A DNA stretch of 60,150 nucleotides, filler included, from Jimgerdemannia flammicorona (lineage: Eukaryota): the NCBI GenBank assembly GCA_003990765.1. It is 3 parts of 3 records of this genome, joined end to end, with 100 filler letters (N's around TTAATTAATTAA, not from the genome) between each part and the next. Parts side by side here need not be neighbours in the genome. Positions count along the whole stretch, not along the records: positions 1 to 19,988 come from RBNJ01001786.1; 2 more parts are not named here. One strand, written 5' to 3'. Below are positions 1-12,090 of this stretch, piece after piece; within the stretch, counting starts at the first letter, position 1; each line of letters begins with the position of its first letter. The position numbers and the translations under genes were made by a program. Below the pieces are notes generated by a model. It ran no database searches. It was not told the DNA's origin and saw only the letters and a list, made by a program, of their open reading frames with translations.

Positions 1-3000
1 ACCCAAACCCCAACCCCACCACCAGCTATTTAAAATGTCCAACAGCAACCATTCCCACCATATCATCTTTTCACCAACCCTAATCTGACGCCCATCCTCA
101 AATACATGCACCTAATGCCCCGCCAACCCAACCCACATGGCCATGGCCCAACCAAGTATCAGCCATTCATCCCCAACCCCACCCACCAATCGCAGGCAAA
201 GCTCTCCCCATCTCCCCCCTCCCTCTCCTCCCCCAGCCCCCAACCCTAATCTGTCCATTACACGTCTCCAGAACTCCCCCAAAACCTCGCACTCGCCAAG
301 CCAATGTTCAGGCATTTGTACCACTCCTCCCTCCTGATCAACATTGAAGCAATCCTCGCACTCGAATACCCCACCATCCACCAAGTGACCAGATCAATAG
401 TTCAGCATCACGTTCCGCTGAAGGATCCACCACCACGCCAACCAGAACTTGGGGGGCAGCCACTGCCTCACCCTTTTGCTCCAAAGCCAGAGCCCATTCC
501 AATCCCACTCTTCCCCGATTCCAACCCTCTGCCAGGCTTCAGGCCACAGGTCGCCACCCAGGCCTCGCAGGCACTCCAGACCCTTGCCAAGCTGAAAGTC
601 CTCCACTGGAATACCACCCAAAAGAAGCCTGTCCCATCTCCACATCTGCAGTCCCCAAACCTCCTCAGCCTCATCACCTCGCCACTGAAGGCCTATTTTC
701 CTAGCTCCATCCACCACTCCCCACCAAAAGCCTGTAAACCGCATCCTCCAGCTCCCATCCATGGCCACCATTGCAAGCAGGTCGCCAGAGCCACCACGTG
801 GGGAGTATCGAGCCTCCCACAACCTCTGCATGAGTAGCACCCACTCCCGACCTCTAAGCTCACTCACCTGCCTTAGCCACCAGGCCCTCAGACACAAAAG
901 CCGCTTAGTAAAGTCCACTAAGCCCAGTCCACCTCTTTCCAAGGGCAGTGTGAGCACCTCCCAACCAACCTGGCTCTGCCACCCTCCCCAAATCCACAAC
1001 CTCGCCATCTTCAACAACCCCTTAACCACCCACGGTGGGAAATCCAAATGATATCCAACATACCATAGCTTTGGCATCCAGTACACATTCAACACCATCA
1101 CCCTTCCGGCAAGGGACATATGCCGACCTCCCCATCATATCAAGACATCGTCCCACTCCAGCAGTTTACGGTCCCACCATGCTCAGGGAAGAAGAGATCT
1201 GAACACTGAAAAGTAGATTCCCAAGTAGTGCACTGGTTTACCAGCCGGAACCACCATCCCAATAACATCACCTCCTACAATTCCAGCACCCAGCACCAGC
1301 GTCTCGCATTTGTGCCAGTTCAGTTTAGCACCAGAGCCCTGCTCATACCATTCCACTGTCCTCTGCAACTCCCCAACATCCCCTAAGGAACCCAGTCCAA
1401 CCACTATGTCATCGGCAAAGGCCCCCACCTTCCAGTTCACCCCCAAAATATCCAAACCTCCAATCTTCCACCGAATCCTGTCCAGTAGTGGCTCTAGGGA
1501 GAGAGCATACAAGATGGGTGACAAGGGGTCCCCTTGCGGCACCCCACGGCCCAGGGGGAAGGTCACCCCCCTGTGGCCATTGATGACCAATGCCACCTGA
1601 CTGTCCTCCAAGAGTCTGATCAATGAACCTCGGAACCCCGAGGGGATACCAATCCACTTCAGCACTCCTTCCAGCCAAATTCTCCGCACTCTATCATAAG
1701 CCTTCTCCTGGTCCTGAAACACCAATCTGCCGTCCACCCCTGTAGCCCGGGCACCTTCAATCACTCCATGAACCCAGGCCATCCCATCTCGAATCAACCG
1801 ACCACCGACAAACCCATGTTGCTCCAAACCAAGCACTTGCTGTACAATCTCTTGCAACCGCAACACCAAGATTTTCGTTACCAGTTTGCGGTCCATGTCC
1901 AGAAGCATGATCGGCCGCCAGTTCTTCCAATCCTCCCTCCTACCCTTGTTCTTATATAGCAAGGAGACCAGCCCCAAGCGCTGACCCCCAATCCAGGCAC
2001 CAGACCGAAGAACTTCATCGCACATAGCCATCATTTCCTCTAGTACCTCATGCACCCCTGTCATCTTCTGCCAAAAATCCCAGGGGAGTCCATCTTCTCC
2101 CGGGGCTATCCCTTTACTCGTAGAGGCCACTACTTTGCAAATCTCCTCGCCGCTCACCGGGTCCCCCAATGCCCCAAGTCCCATGGCAGGGTCCGGGTGC
2201 CAATCCCCCAGCTGCCTGTCAATGTCCTGAGCATCCAGTCCCCCTTCATCCTCACTCCAAAGGTTCCCCCACTGGGAACGCAATAGGCCCAAAATCGCCG
2301 GAGTCCCCACCACCAGCTCGCCATTCTCATCCAAAACTCCCTCCCACCGCTGCCTCATTCGTCGTGCTTGTAACAACCATGACAAGAACCTGGTAGGTCT
2401 CTCCCCTTCCTCTAGCCCCTGCCAGCGCAAGCGGGCCACCATCCCCTGCAACTGCTCCTCTTCCTCCCTCTGTAGCACCCCTTTGAGCTCCTCCACCTCC
2501 TGCCGGATCCTTGCAATATGCCAATCAGTCTCGGCCCTATCCTCCAGCACACCCGCCCATCTCACCATGAGCACCGCCAAATGCCACGAGGCCCACATCA
2601 CCCGCTGCCTTCGCTGAGCACACTTCCCTTTCCCCGCTTCTCTCCAATACCCCTGAGCCTTCACCTTCAACCTTCTCCAGCGGTCCCCAATCGCCAGCCC
2701 TTGATCCCGCCACCTGCCAATAACGCCAACCACCTCTGCTTTCCAACCCTCCCACAATGCCCTATCCTCCAACAAGGAAGAATTTAGCCGCCAATATCCA
2801 GGCCCATCCTCATTTCCCCTAAACCTCTCCTCTCCAAGCAACCCCCAGTGATCAGACCATGGACACCATATGACCCCCAACACCATCCAGACATCTGCTC
2901 CCCAATACTCCGCTGTGAGAACCCAGTCAATCCTAGAGCCCAGTCCTGCTGCCCAATGGGTATACACCTGCCAATTAGCCCAGAAGTATCTCCCTGAGTC

Positions 3001-3528
3001 CACTAAAGAACACAACCTTTCCGTCTCCAACCAGTCCGCCAACCCACCACTTTCCCCTCACATACCTCTCCCTCCATCAGTCCTGTCCAACTCCTTATCC
3101 CGTACCATGTTGAAGTCCCCTCCCATACAGTCTAACCCAACTTCTCCCAACAAACCAGCCTCTTTCAACCTGCGAATCCAATCCACTCTCTCCCCTCTCT
3201 CTGCTGGGCAGTAACAAGACCCAACCGTCAGCGAGCCCCATCCAGGCCTCTTCCATACTCCCCACACCACCCTTGACCCCCAATGTCCAATGTCCCCAAT
3301 GTCCCCCATCCCTTTCCGAATAAGAATACCCACTTTCCCCCTCCAAACCACTGTACCCCCCCATTCCTTAGTCCAATCCTGTAAATTCACATCTGCCTCA
3401 TACCAAACATCCTGTAACAAGAAGAGGTCCACATCCAGACCCCGAAGCCAACCAAAGATGTACTTCCTCCTAGCCGCCCCCCATAACCCATTAACGTTCA
3501 ATAAAAATATCCTTATTATACTGTTCAT
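1..3528 (-). pseudogene. LINE ORF2: APE endonuclease + reverse transcriptase + C-terminal CCHC region, several premature stops
   Basis: EN motifs LNVNG, LQD, GGDFN, SRIDW, SDH; RT motifs NWRPI, DQEKAYD, GVPQGDPLSP, AFADD, YLGI; C-terminal CEDC...H...C; split into ORFs 3058-3558, 1183-3042, 394-1119, 112-384. Confidence 0.92.
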
Positions 3529-3559
3529 ATTGAATAGAAATTGTAAAAGAGACCTCAAC

Positions 3560-5473
3560 CTATAATTCCATGCTCATCTCATCCCTCGCCAAGTCCAAGA
3601 GCCGCTCAGCTTCCAATTCACCCTCCGCAATATCCCAAGCATCCAGTGCCCTCAAGATTTCCTGACACTCCACCCTGTCCACCTCCTCCATATCCACCCT
3701 GTAATCCAAGCAGACTGCGCGCCACTTCTCTAGTCCCTTCCTCGAGTTCCACAAGACAAGTGCCCAGTCACTTGCAATCCTTCTAAGCTCCTCCTCTCGC
3801 TGATCATCAACCTGATTGACCGACTCCAGGAGGACAGCCAGGATCTCATTCCTCATCTTCCTCGGCACCTCTTCCCCATGTAGAATCTCCTCCCAATGCC
3901 TCTCCTCCATCACCCTGAAGTCCTCACCCCCCAGCTCCTCAGCTGCTACCCCTTCCAGGGTCTTCCACATCCACTTCTCCTCATCGACTGCCTCTGCCGC
4001 CCCCTGAGCAATCTGTCCCCCATCCACCTCGGGGTCCACCAGTGTGCTCCTCCTCACTGACTCATCCCACTCCTCATCTGGCACATCCATCAGCTCCTCC
4101 TCACCTCCTGCCCCATTTGGAACACTATACTGAGGGCGCCCTCCTTCTCCCATTTCAGTATCCACCTCCAAGTTATCCTCCTGCTCCTCCCCGACTCCAA
4201 TCTGAGCCCCACCCTGGGCCATCTCTCCCTCTTCAGCCCAGGCGCTCTCCCGCAACCCTGCAGCCCCCGCCCCAGAGCTTCCACCAGCCCCACCCCCACC
4301 CAACTTCGCTAACAACTCCTTCTGAATCTTCCTCCCCTGCAACTTCTCCCAGACCCCCTTCTCCATCCTAACCCTCTTCCCATCCACCTCCCCCACCACC
4401 ATCCTTGTCTCAAATTCCTTTCAGGCTAATCTCCTCCTTGCAACTGCCCCTTCCAGATCCTCCAGAGCCTCTAACAGATCCTCCTCCTCCTCCTGAGTCC
4501 CCTTCACCCTAGTGACCTTACACTCTACCGGTCCCCACCTCAGTGCTGCTGGCCAGTCCCTTGACTTCCCCATATTCTCCTTTCCAGCCAGTCGCACCCT
4601 GACATCGACGTCTCCAGTCCTGAGCTCCGTGCCCTCCCAGACCTTGAACCCAATATCCACAATCTCGCCATACTCCTTGATCGCCTCCACAACCAACTCC
4701 CTGGTCCTTTCCTTCGACACCATAGGGAGGTCCAACACTGTCAACTGTACCACCCGGGGGTCCCAGCGCATACACCGGGCCATAGAGACCACAACCCCGC
4801 CAACCATCACCCCCTTCTCCATGGCCACCAACAAGGCGTCCTCCTCCTCAAACCCCACCTCAACCCCTTCCTTTCCCCTCAAGAACTTCACCGATGCCGC
4901 TCCCTTAGCCTCCTGCACCACCAGCCCCAAAATCATTCTCGCCGTCACAGCCAAGCCTCGGAAGCACATCGTGACCGCGAATTTGGACCTCGACTTCTTG
5001 AGTAATGGGGCCGACACCATGCCTGTCACCCCATCCGCCAGGTCCCCGGGCCTCATGCCCCCTCCAAGTCCCAAATTGCCAACCACCATCACATCTGGAT
5101 TTTTTACCAGATCCCCAGTCACAGCCCCATCAGCAGTCACATCTCCAGCCCCTACTCCGGCCCCTTCCCTACCACCAGAAGCACTCTGGGGTGTATCTCC
5201 CTGACCCCCAGCAGTAGCCATCGATGCCTTCCCCAGTCCCAGCCAACTATCCAGCCCAGAAGCCATCTTCCCCATCCTGACCTTATCAGCAAAGGTCGAC
5301 CGCTCCCCTCCTCTCTGCCTCAGACCTCCCCTCCCTCTGCTGCTGGGGCCCTGGCTAGCCATAGAGGCCCCTGGCATCCCCAAACCATCTCCCCTCCTCT
5401 CCACCTGCTGCCAGCCAAAGGCGCCGTCACCCCCCTGGTCAGTACGCTCACCAGATCGATCATTGCCATCCAT
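3560..5473 (-). pseudogene. LINE ORF1 (~637 aa; RRM-like core, acidic C-terminus), one premature stop at 4421-4423
   Basis: ORFs 4421-5473 and 3560-4402 are in the same frame; the sister copy has Trp at the stop; lies directly upstream of ORF2. Confidence 0.88.
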
Positions 5474-5555
5474 GTTGTTAGTCGTCGGGCACCAAAAACA
5501 TTGTAAAAAGTGTTGTCTAAGTTTTGTGTCACCCGAATGTTACTGGTGCAAGGGA

Positions 5556-5855
5556 TGTCAGATCTTATTTATAGTATAGGATATATAAGAGATCCAACTT
5601 CTTACAAATAGATAATATTAATATAGTTTTTGTTATTATTAGCCTCAGATATAGTATTGAGCTTTTTTAATTTCACTGAAGATTCTATAGAGATATTTAC
5701 TGGCTTATATTTACTTATATTGAATAATTCAAGAATAGCATGAATATAAGTTAACTGTGAGAGGTATATGACATATATACTCCTATTATATATAATAAAT
5801 ATTTTAAAAGAAAGAGTGTATCACCCATATTAGTTATCTTGAATTCCTTATATAG
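5556..5855 (-). pseudogene. Heavily decayed Ty1/Copia reverse transcriptase relic (continues at 12549-~12700)
   Basis: Minus-strand reads KEFKITNMGD, YLSQLTYIHAILELFNISKYKPV and VGSLIY...IRSDI, matching Copia RT (F.MTD.G; LSQ..YI..IL..F; VGSLMY...TRPDI). Removing the Gypsy and one ATAG rejoins the frame as RVKEYLYKEFK. Confidence 0.75.
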
Positions 5856-6313
5856 TGTGATAGTATAGCTGAATTTGGAAGAAGGAAATAGGGAATAGAC
5901 ACTTGATCACACCCATTCCCAAAGTAGTATAGCTTTATAGTTAGCAGTCGCCGATTTCGACATTGTCTAAATTCTTAGACATTATCCAAATCGAATGTTC
6001 CGATTTAGTATAGCATTTAGACATTGTCCAAATGTTTTGACAATGTCCAAATGACTCATTTATTACTTAGCCACCCTCTCATAGCTAGCAAACTTGTATA
6101 AATAACCCAGTATCTTTGAGTGAATAAACCTCAGATCGAAATAGTTCAAAGCAAAGAGATAGCAAAGGAACTAGTAAGCCTGTGGGCAGATACACTTCGA
6201 ACTCACCCACCCTCCCCTGCAACTTCAAGAGACTCTGCGAGAGTCAGAACAGTCAAGTTTTCAAGATACAGAAATCCGACGTACTTCCAAGAGTAAGCAT
6301 CCACTATGTTACA
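5856..6313 (+). repeat. 5' LTR of Gypsy family 1
   Basis: TGTGA...TTACA; direct repeat of 12091-12548; contains AATAAA. Confidence 0.95.
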
Positions 6314-6316
6314 ACT

Positions 6317-6333
6317 TGGTGCCCATTGGCTGG
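6317..6333 (+). promoter_or_regulatory. Putative primer-binding site
   Basis: TGGTGCCCATTGGCTGG 3 nt after the LTR end (TGG complements tRNA CCA); cognate tRNA not identified. Confidence 0.6.
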
Positions 6334-6427
6334 TGATTCAAGACGAATCCCTCACTTTCAAGCTGAACAACGAACAACTGCCACTACCCAAACAACCATA
6401 CAAACCAAGCCCCAATACTCAGACAAG

Positions 6428-9400
6428 ATGGATATGAGACCACCAGTATTCTATGGATATACCTCAGATGAATCAATCATTACCTTCATTGACGATTTCG
6501 AGCAGTATGCTGCCGTAAGGACTCTGACAGCAGTACAGCAAGTAGCCCTCATGCCCTTTAGCCTACGAGGTCCTGCCAGAGCAGCATTCATAGCCGCAAC
6601 CCATGCAGGAAATGATGCGGATGCTATACTGACAGCACAGAAGACCTGGCTCTGAAATACATATTACACAGACGAGATCAAGCAAGCCCTGAAGGATCAG
6701 CTCAACACAACATGCCAAGGAATGAGCGAGGATCCAAACACATTCTATACCAGAATTCGATACCAGATAATCCTTGCAGATTATGCTGCTGCTATCTGAG
6801 ATCAAGTAGCCGAAGCAACTTTCATGAAAGGAGTCCATCCAGAAATAGCCATGGCCATCTGCTCATCACCAGTGATTCTGGATCTGCCACAAAAGGTCAC
6901 CTATGCTCAGCGATACTGGATAGCCAGACACCCATAAGACCATACAATGGAGAGAGTTACAGGAGTCAGAATTGAGGCACCCAAGGCAACCAGTGTGATC
7001 CCCACCACAATGATCAATCGAAACACACCTCAGCCAAAAGCTACCGAGCAGCAAAAGAGCAGCGACCCTATGGAGGAACTTGCCAAAAGGTTTGCTGAAA
7101 TGACTGCCCACCTAGGAGATATGGTAAAGGAAATCTGAGGAAGAGATCGCCGCCCTGTTCAGAAGTTTGCTGCCACCTCAGACAAGAAGAAAGGTACCTG
7201 CTATAGCTGTGGAGAAGAAGGCCACTACTTCTACGAATATATGAGCGAAACCAAATGCAAGGCTCAACCAAGCAATGCCACATGAAACAAGGAGCAGGCC
7301 AATACAATCACCTTTGAAGAAATCAGAGAATCTGATGAAGAGAAATGGGAGGCCTACCCTGCTCAGACCACCAGGAAGGATGTTCACAAAGAACCCTACA
7401 AGAGACCACCAGGAAGACCCAAGAAGAACCCAGTGGAAAAGCAGATGGAAACTGACACAGAAAGCCAAGCTGAAGAGATGGACCAGGATATCAAGCTGGA
7501 GCAAGCAGTTCAAGACATCATTCAAGGAACCACTCTAGCCAGTGAAGGAGAAAAAGAAAAGAAGCTTCGCAAAACCAAGACCTTCAAGTATGATATCTTC
7601 AAGGATCTCAGCCAACAAAAAGTCAATGCAACCTTTGGCCAGCTGGCAGAAATACCTACATTCAGACAGCAAATGAGATTCGGACTTGCCAAAACAACTA
7701 AGGAACAAGGATGAAAGATAACTGAGACCAACAATGTTCAAGAAGACTCAGGAGAAGAGAGTGAAGACAACTGCAAAACTTCTGCCTATGCAACTTGCCA
7801 AATTGAAGATAGAATCTTTGAAGCCATCATTGAGGGAGCAGGAGGATGTCTCCTCAGTAAGAAGGCAGCAGACCGCCTAGGTTGGGATGTGGAAGAAGCA
7901 ACTAAGCTAGTATTTGTCACAGCCGATGGCACAAGAGCCACACCTCTGGGAAAGATCCGAGATGTTCCCATCAAGATTGGAGGAGCAACAATCCCAGTAG
8001 ATGTAATTGTAACCAATGCCACTAACTATGACATCCTCATCAGCAATCAATGGCTTCACAAAGCCAAGGCAGTAATTGATCTCAATGCTCAGAAGATGCA
8101 GATCACCTACCGGGGACAGAAGATACAGATCTCCATCAATGTCAACAAAGGAGTCCTGCCCGATATGGAGGAAGAAGAGAGTGAGCAAGAGGAAGCTTAT
8201 ATGGTGACTACCCCAAAGAAGAAGAAAGTTGGATGGATGAGTGAAGAAGAATGGTGCAAGAAGATCACAGAAGGTTATGCCCCACAAGGAGTCTGTCCTT
8301 ATGGAATCAAGATGTACTGTATAGAGCATATCAATGATTGCTACCAGTGCATCATCGGAACCAGGAAGATCTACCAGGAAAGAAGCCAGAAAGCTCTCGA
8401 AAAACAGATCAGGGAAGAAGAGGAGGAGGAAGATGATGAACCACCAGCCCTCCTGGAGGACAGTGATGACAAAGAAGAAATCAAGGTCAAAATTCAAAAA
8501 ATCCACCCTGATGCAGTCTTGCCAGAATACAAGTCAGAAAATGCAGCCAGAATGGACATCGCTACAGTAGAAGAAACTGTACTTGAACCCCAGACAACCA
8601 CCCTACTTACAACTGGACTAGAGATGACCATCCCAAAGGATCATGTCGGGATTCTCAAGACAAGAAGCAGTCTGGCTAGAAGCGAAATCACAATTGAAGG
8701 AGGAGTCATTGATTCAGACTATACTGGAGAAATTCTACTCATTGCTAGGAACCACAATCCTACAATTCCATTCCCAGTCAAGAAGAAGGACCGATTGGCA
8801 CAGATGTTGATCTTCCCAATCATACAGCCAAGGATCCTAGAAGTCAAGAATCTGGAGGAAACGAAAAGAGGAAAGAAAGGATTCGGATCCACAGGAAGAG
8901 GAGCGTTTGCCAGCACCAAGATCACCGAACTCGAGCACAAGAAGGAGGAAAATATGAGCAAGCACAGTTACACCATTGGAGATGAATTCCCACTCAAGGA
9001 AGAACTCAAGAAAATACTCCACAAATTCGAGGATGTCCTTGCCATAGATTTCAAGGATATCAAGGGAAAGACCCCACACTACTATCATGAGGTAGATACT
9101 GGAGACACCGAACCAATTTATCAGAAAGCAAGACCTGTCCCGCCAGCCTACTGAGAGTGGCTCAGAGAAGAAATCAAGCAGATGGAAGAAGCCGGCATCA
9201 TCAAAGAAGCCAGTAGCCCCTGGTCTTCACCAGTTGTACTAGCCCCAAAAAAAGGAAGCAAACCTGGAGAATTTGCCCTAAGGCTCTGTATCGACTACAG
9301 AAAGCTCAATGCAGTCACCAAGAAGGATCGCCAACCACTGCCGCTCATCAGCAACATCCTTATAACACTGGGAGACGAAGCACAGTACTACAGCACCTTG

Positions 9401-10417
9401 GACCTATACTCAGGATTCCACCAAATCAGACTCACAGAAGTAGCAAGTGAAAAGTCAGCCTTCATCACCCCAGATGGAACCTATATCTACCTACGAATGC
9501 CATTCGGAATGTGCAATGCACCAGCAAGCTTTCAGCGAATGATGAACAAAATCTTCCACTATGACATGGGAAGATGGATGATGGTCTATGTTGATGATGT
9601 AATCATCTACAGCAAGACGGCTGAGGAACATCTGCAGCACATACAGTAGATAATGGAGAGACTAAGACAACATGGCCTTTATATCAAACCCAAGAAGTGC
9701 AAGTTTGCGGAAATCGAGATCTCCTATCTTGGTCATATCATCAATCGAGATGGAACACACATGGACCCCCTCAAGATACAAGCGGTAGCAGCATACCCAA
9801 GGCCCACTACTGTCACAGAAGCCCAAGCCTTCATGGGACTTGCCTCCTACTATCGCAGATTCATTAGAGGATTCTCCAACATCGCAGGCCCAATCTATGA
9901 ACTCAACAAGAAGGATACCAAGTTCCAGTGGACTGGCAGACAACAAAAAGCATTTGACGAACTCAAGGTTAGACTAACTCAGGCACCTATCTTCAGATGA
10001 CCCAATTGGACCCAGGAATTTATCCTTCAGATGGATGCAAGCACACAGGGACTAGGAGCAGTCCTAGCTCAAAAAGAAGACAAAAAGGAGTATGTCATTG
10101 CATATCTTAGCTGTGGAACCCAAGGAGCTGAAAAAGAATATGAATCCTATAAGTTGGAGTGCCTCGCAGTCATCTGGGCTGTGGAAAAGTTCCACTACTA
10201 TCTGGCCGGAAGACACTTCACCATCCAGACGGACCACTCAGCTCTCACCTGGCTACTGACAACTGGACAACCCAAGGGAATCTATGCCAGATAGATAATG
10301 AAGTTACAAGCCTATGATGTAACTATCATGTACCGCCCTGGAAGAACAAATTCCAATGCAGATGCTCTCTCACGGATACCTCGAACTACCTCCAACCAAC
10401 AAATCAATCATGAATAA
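6428..10417 (+). pseudogene. Gag-protease-dUTPase-RT-RNase H polyprotein in a single frame, interrupted by point stops
   Basis: ORFs 6182, 6947, 7433, 7889, 9182, 9653 and 10031 share one frame; knuckle CYSCGEEGH; degenerate protease site AIIEGAGG; RT SPWSSP, LCIDYRKLN, MPFG, YVDD; RH DAS, E.LAVIWA, TDH, ADALSR. Confidence 0.9.
8483..8900 (+). CDS. dut: dUTPase domain between protease and RT
   Basis: All five trimeric dUTPase motifs: AARMDI, KTRSSLA, GGVIDSDYTGEI, DRLAQML, KRGKKGFGSTG. Confidence 0.92.
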
Positions 10418-11602
10418 GAAGCTCTACTATGGAATTATCACATATCTGGGACAGCGAAAGATGCCCCAACATCTGGAAGAATAGACACAAACGATTATCA
10501 ACAGAACATGGAAACAATTCGAAACTGACAGAGAAACACTGAAGAAAGGAAAACTACTAGTCATACCAGAACATAAGAAGGAGCAAGCAATGAAATCAGT
10601 ACATGAACTTGGCCATCTAGGAGGAACGAATATATATGACAAGGCAAGAAGAACAATATGGTGGCCAGGGATGGAGGAAGATATCAGACAATTCGTCAAA
10701 ACATGCGACAAATGCCAGAAACAGAAACAAGACCAATGGAATCAAGCCCCAGGATCAGCACACATAGAACCAGTACCATTCGCCCATATCGCAATAGATG
10801 TAATCGGCCCTCTACCCTTGACTTTGACTGGCAACTGATACATCATCGTCATCGTAGACCTTTTTACAAAGTGGATAGAAGTGGGACTCCTTATGGAAGC
10901 CAATGCACAGTCAATCACCGATTTCTTCCACAAGGAAATCATCTGCCAGTTCAAGACCCCAACACAAGTAACTACAGATAGAGGAACCGAATTCGTGAAC
11001 CAGTTCTTCGAAGTTCTCTATAAGAAGTACAAGATTCAGTATATTCAGACTACAGCATATCACCCTCAAGGAAACGGACAAGTAGAAAGGACCAACAAAA
11101 CCCTCAAGAATATTATCGCCAAGATCTGTGATAACTATGAGAACTGGGATCACTATCTGCCAATAGCATTATCTGCTCTCCGGGATATCCGATCACAAAG
11201 TACCCACTTTACCCCTTGAGAAATGCTATTCGGAGAAGAATGTTCTCAAGGAACCCTATTATCCAATGGAGATGCTGTATGGAAACATGTGGATGTAGAA
11301 ATATGGAGACTACACCAAATCAGGAAGAAGGCTGAGGATTACATAACCAAGGCACAGACACTGCAACGGAGGAATGCGGAAAAGACCCACAAGCCCCTGG
11401 AGATTATCAAGATAGGAGACAAAGTCCTAGTGTATCGGAATATGGTAGAAGCTTCATGGTCACGAAAACTGGAGCCCAAGTGGGAAGGACCTTACCATGT
11501 GCAAGATATAAAAGGGACTACCTTTTGGCTACAAAAACCCTCAGGCACAATAATCCCACCACCATTCACCGAAACCGACTCAAGAAATATCATGGCCAGT
11601 AA
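10410..11602 (+). pseudogene. Integrase (HHCC, DDE core, GPY/F), in a different frame from RT-RH
   Basis: HELGH...CDKC; IAIDVIGPLP; TDRGTEF; YHPQGNGQVER; KLEPKWEGPY; C-terminal HRNRLKKY after an apparent 1-bp loss near 11555. Confidence 0.9.
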
Positions 11603-12053
11603 CAAAAGTACTACAATGGCACTCAAGATCACTAGTGCTGCCCAAAGAGCCATCAAAAGACAATGGCACACTACGGAGCCTCTGACCATAGAGCCATTCT
11701 ATGAGGATATTCAGAGTATTGTGCAGACTCATCTCTCTCGGATCTCGCACTTTAGAGCCTATCAATACTGGGCAGAATTCCAAGAGTACTTCAAGCTTGG
11801 ACAGGTGCTTAATCAGGATCCAGCAAAGACCAAGGAGGACTGGATTGCCAAGTATCAACTCTCTCACTCACAGATCACTATTCCCAAAAGGATCTACAAG
11901 TTATTCCGAGAAGATGAAGCAGCGATAGACCACCTGAGAGGAGTAATCCCTACTGACTTCGAGAAAGTGAGAAGACATCATTGGGAGACAGTCATGCAGC
12001 AAATTGCACAGTATAAGACCATACAGACCATTGAAGCCTGGGAGTTTGAATAG
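11592..12053 (+). CDS. Unknown accessory ORF3 (153 aa) between integrase and the 3' LTR
   Basis: Stop-free, ATG overlaps the integrase end (cATGGCCAGTAA); decayed homologues sit at the same position in Gypsy family 2. Confidence 0.72.
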   Translation: MASNKSTTMALKITSAAQRAIKRQWHTTEPLTIEPFYEDIQSIVQTHLSRISHFRAYQYWAEFQEYFKLGQVLNQDPAKTKEDWIAKYQLSHSQITIPKRIYKLFREDEAAIDHLRGVIPTDFEKVRRHHWETVMQQIAQYKTIQTIEAWEFE

Positions 12054-12090
12054 ATGCCTCAGGGATGAGACCATCCATTCAGGAGGAAGT

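Larger units (their letters stand above)
1..5550 (-). mobile_element. L1/Tx1-like non-LTR retrotransposon (LINE copy A), 5' end intact, 3' end runs out of the window
   Basis: ORF1 + ORF2 nearly identical to the full-length copy at 42344-48131; shared 5' leader CACCAGTAACATTCGGGTGACACAA. Confidence 0.93.

Noticed and set aside
4512..5204. Long antisense ORFs over LINE ORF1 (also 42699-43391, 30422-31135, 52573-53175)
   Set aside because: S/T/P-rich shadows of the G-rich coding strand; no independent motifs.
6428..11219. Frequent in-frame TGA suggesting a reassigned genetic code
   Set aside because: The TGA positions fit Arg (CGA decay), TAG and TAA stops also occur, and the LTR differences show the same C-to-T bias.
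11592..12053. env gene or chromodomain
   Set aside because: No signal peptide or transmembrane stretch, and no chromodomain YLVKW-type motif.
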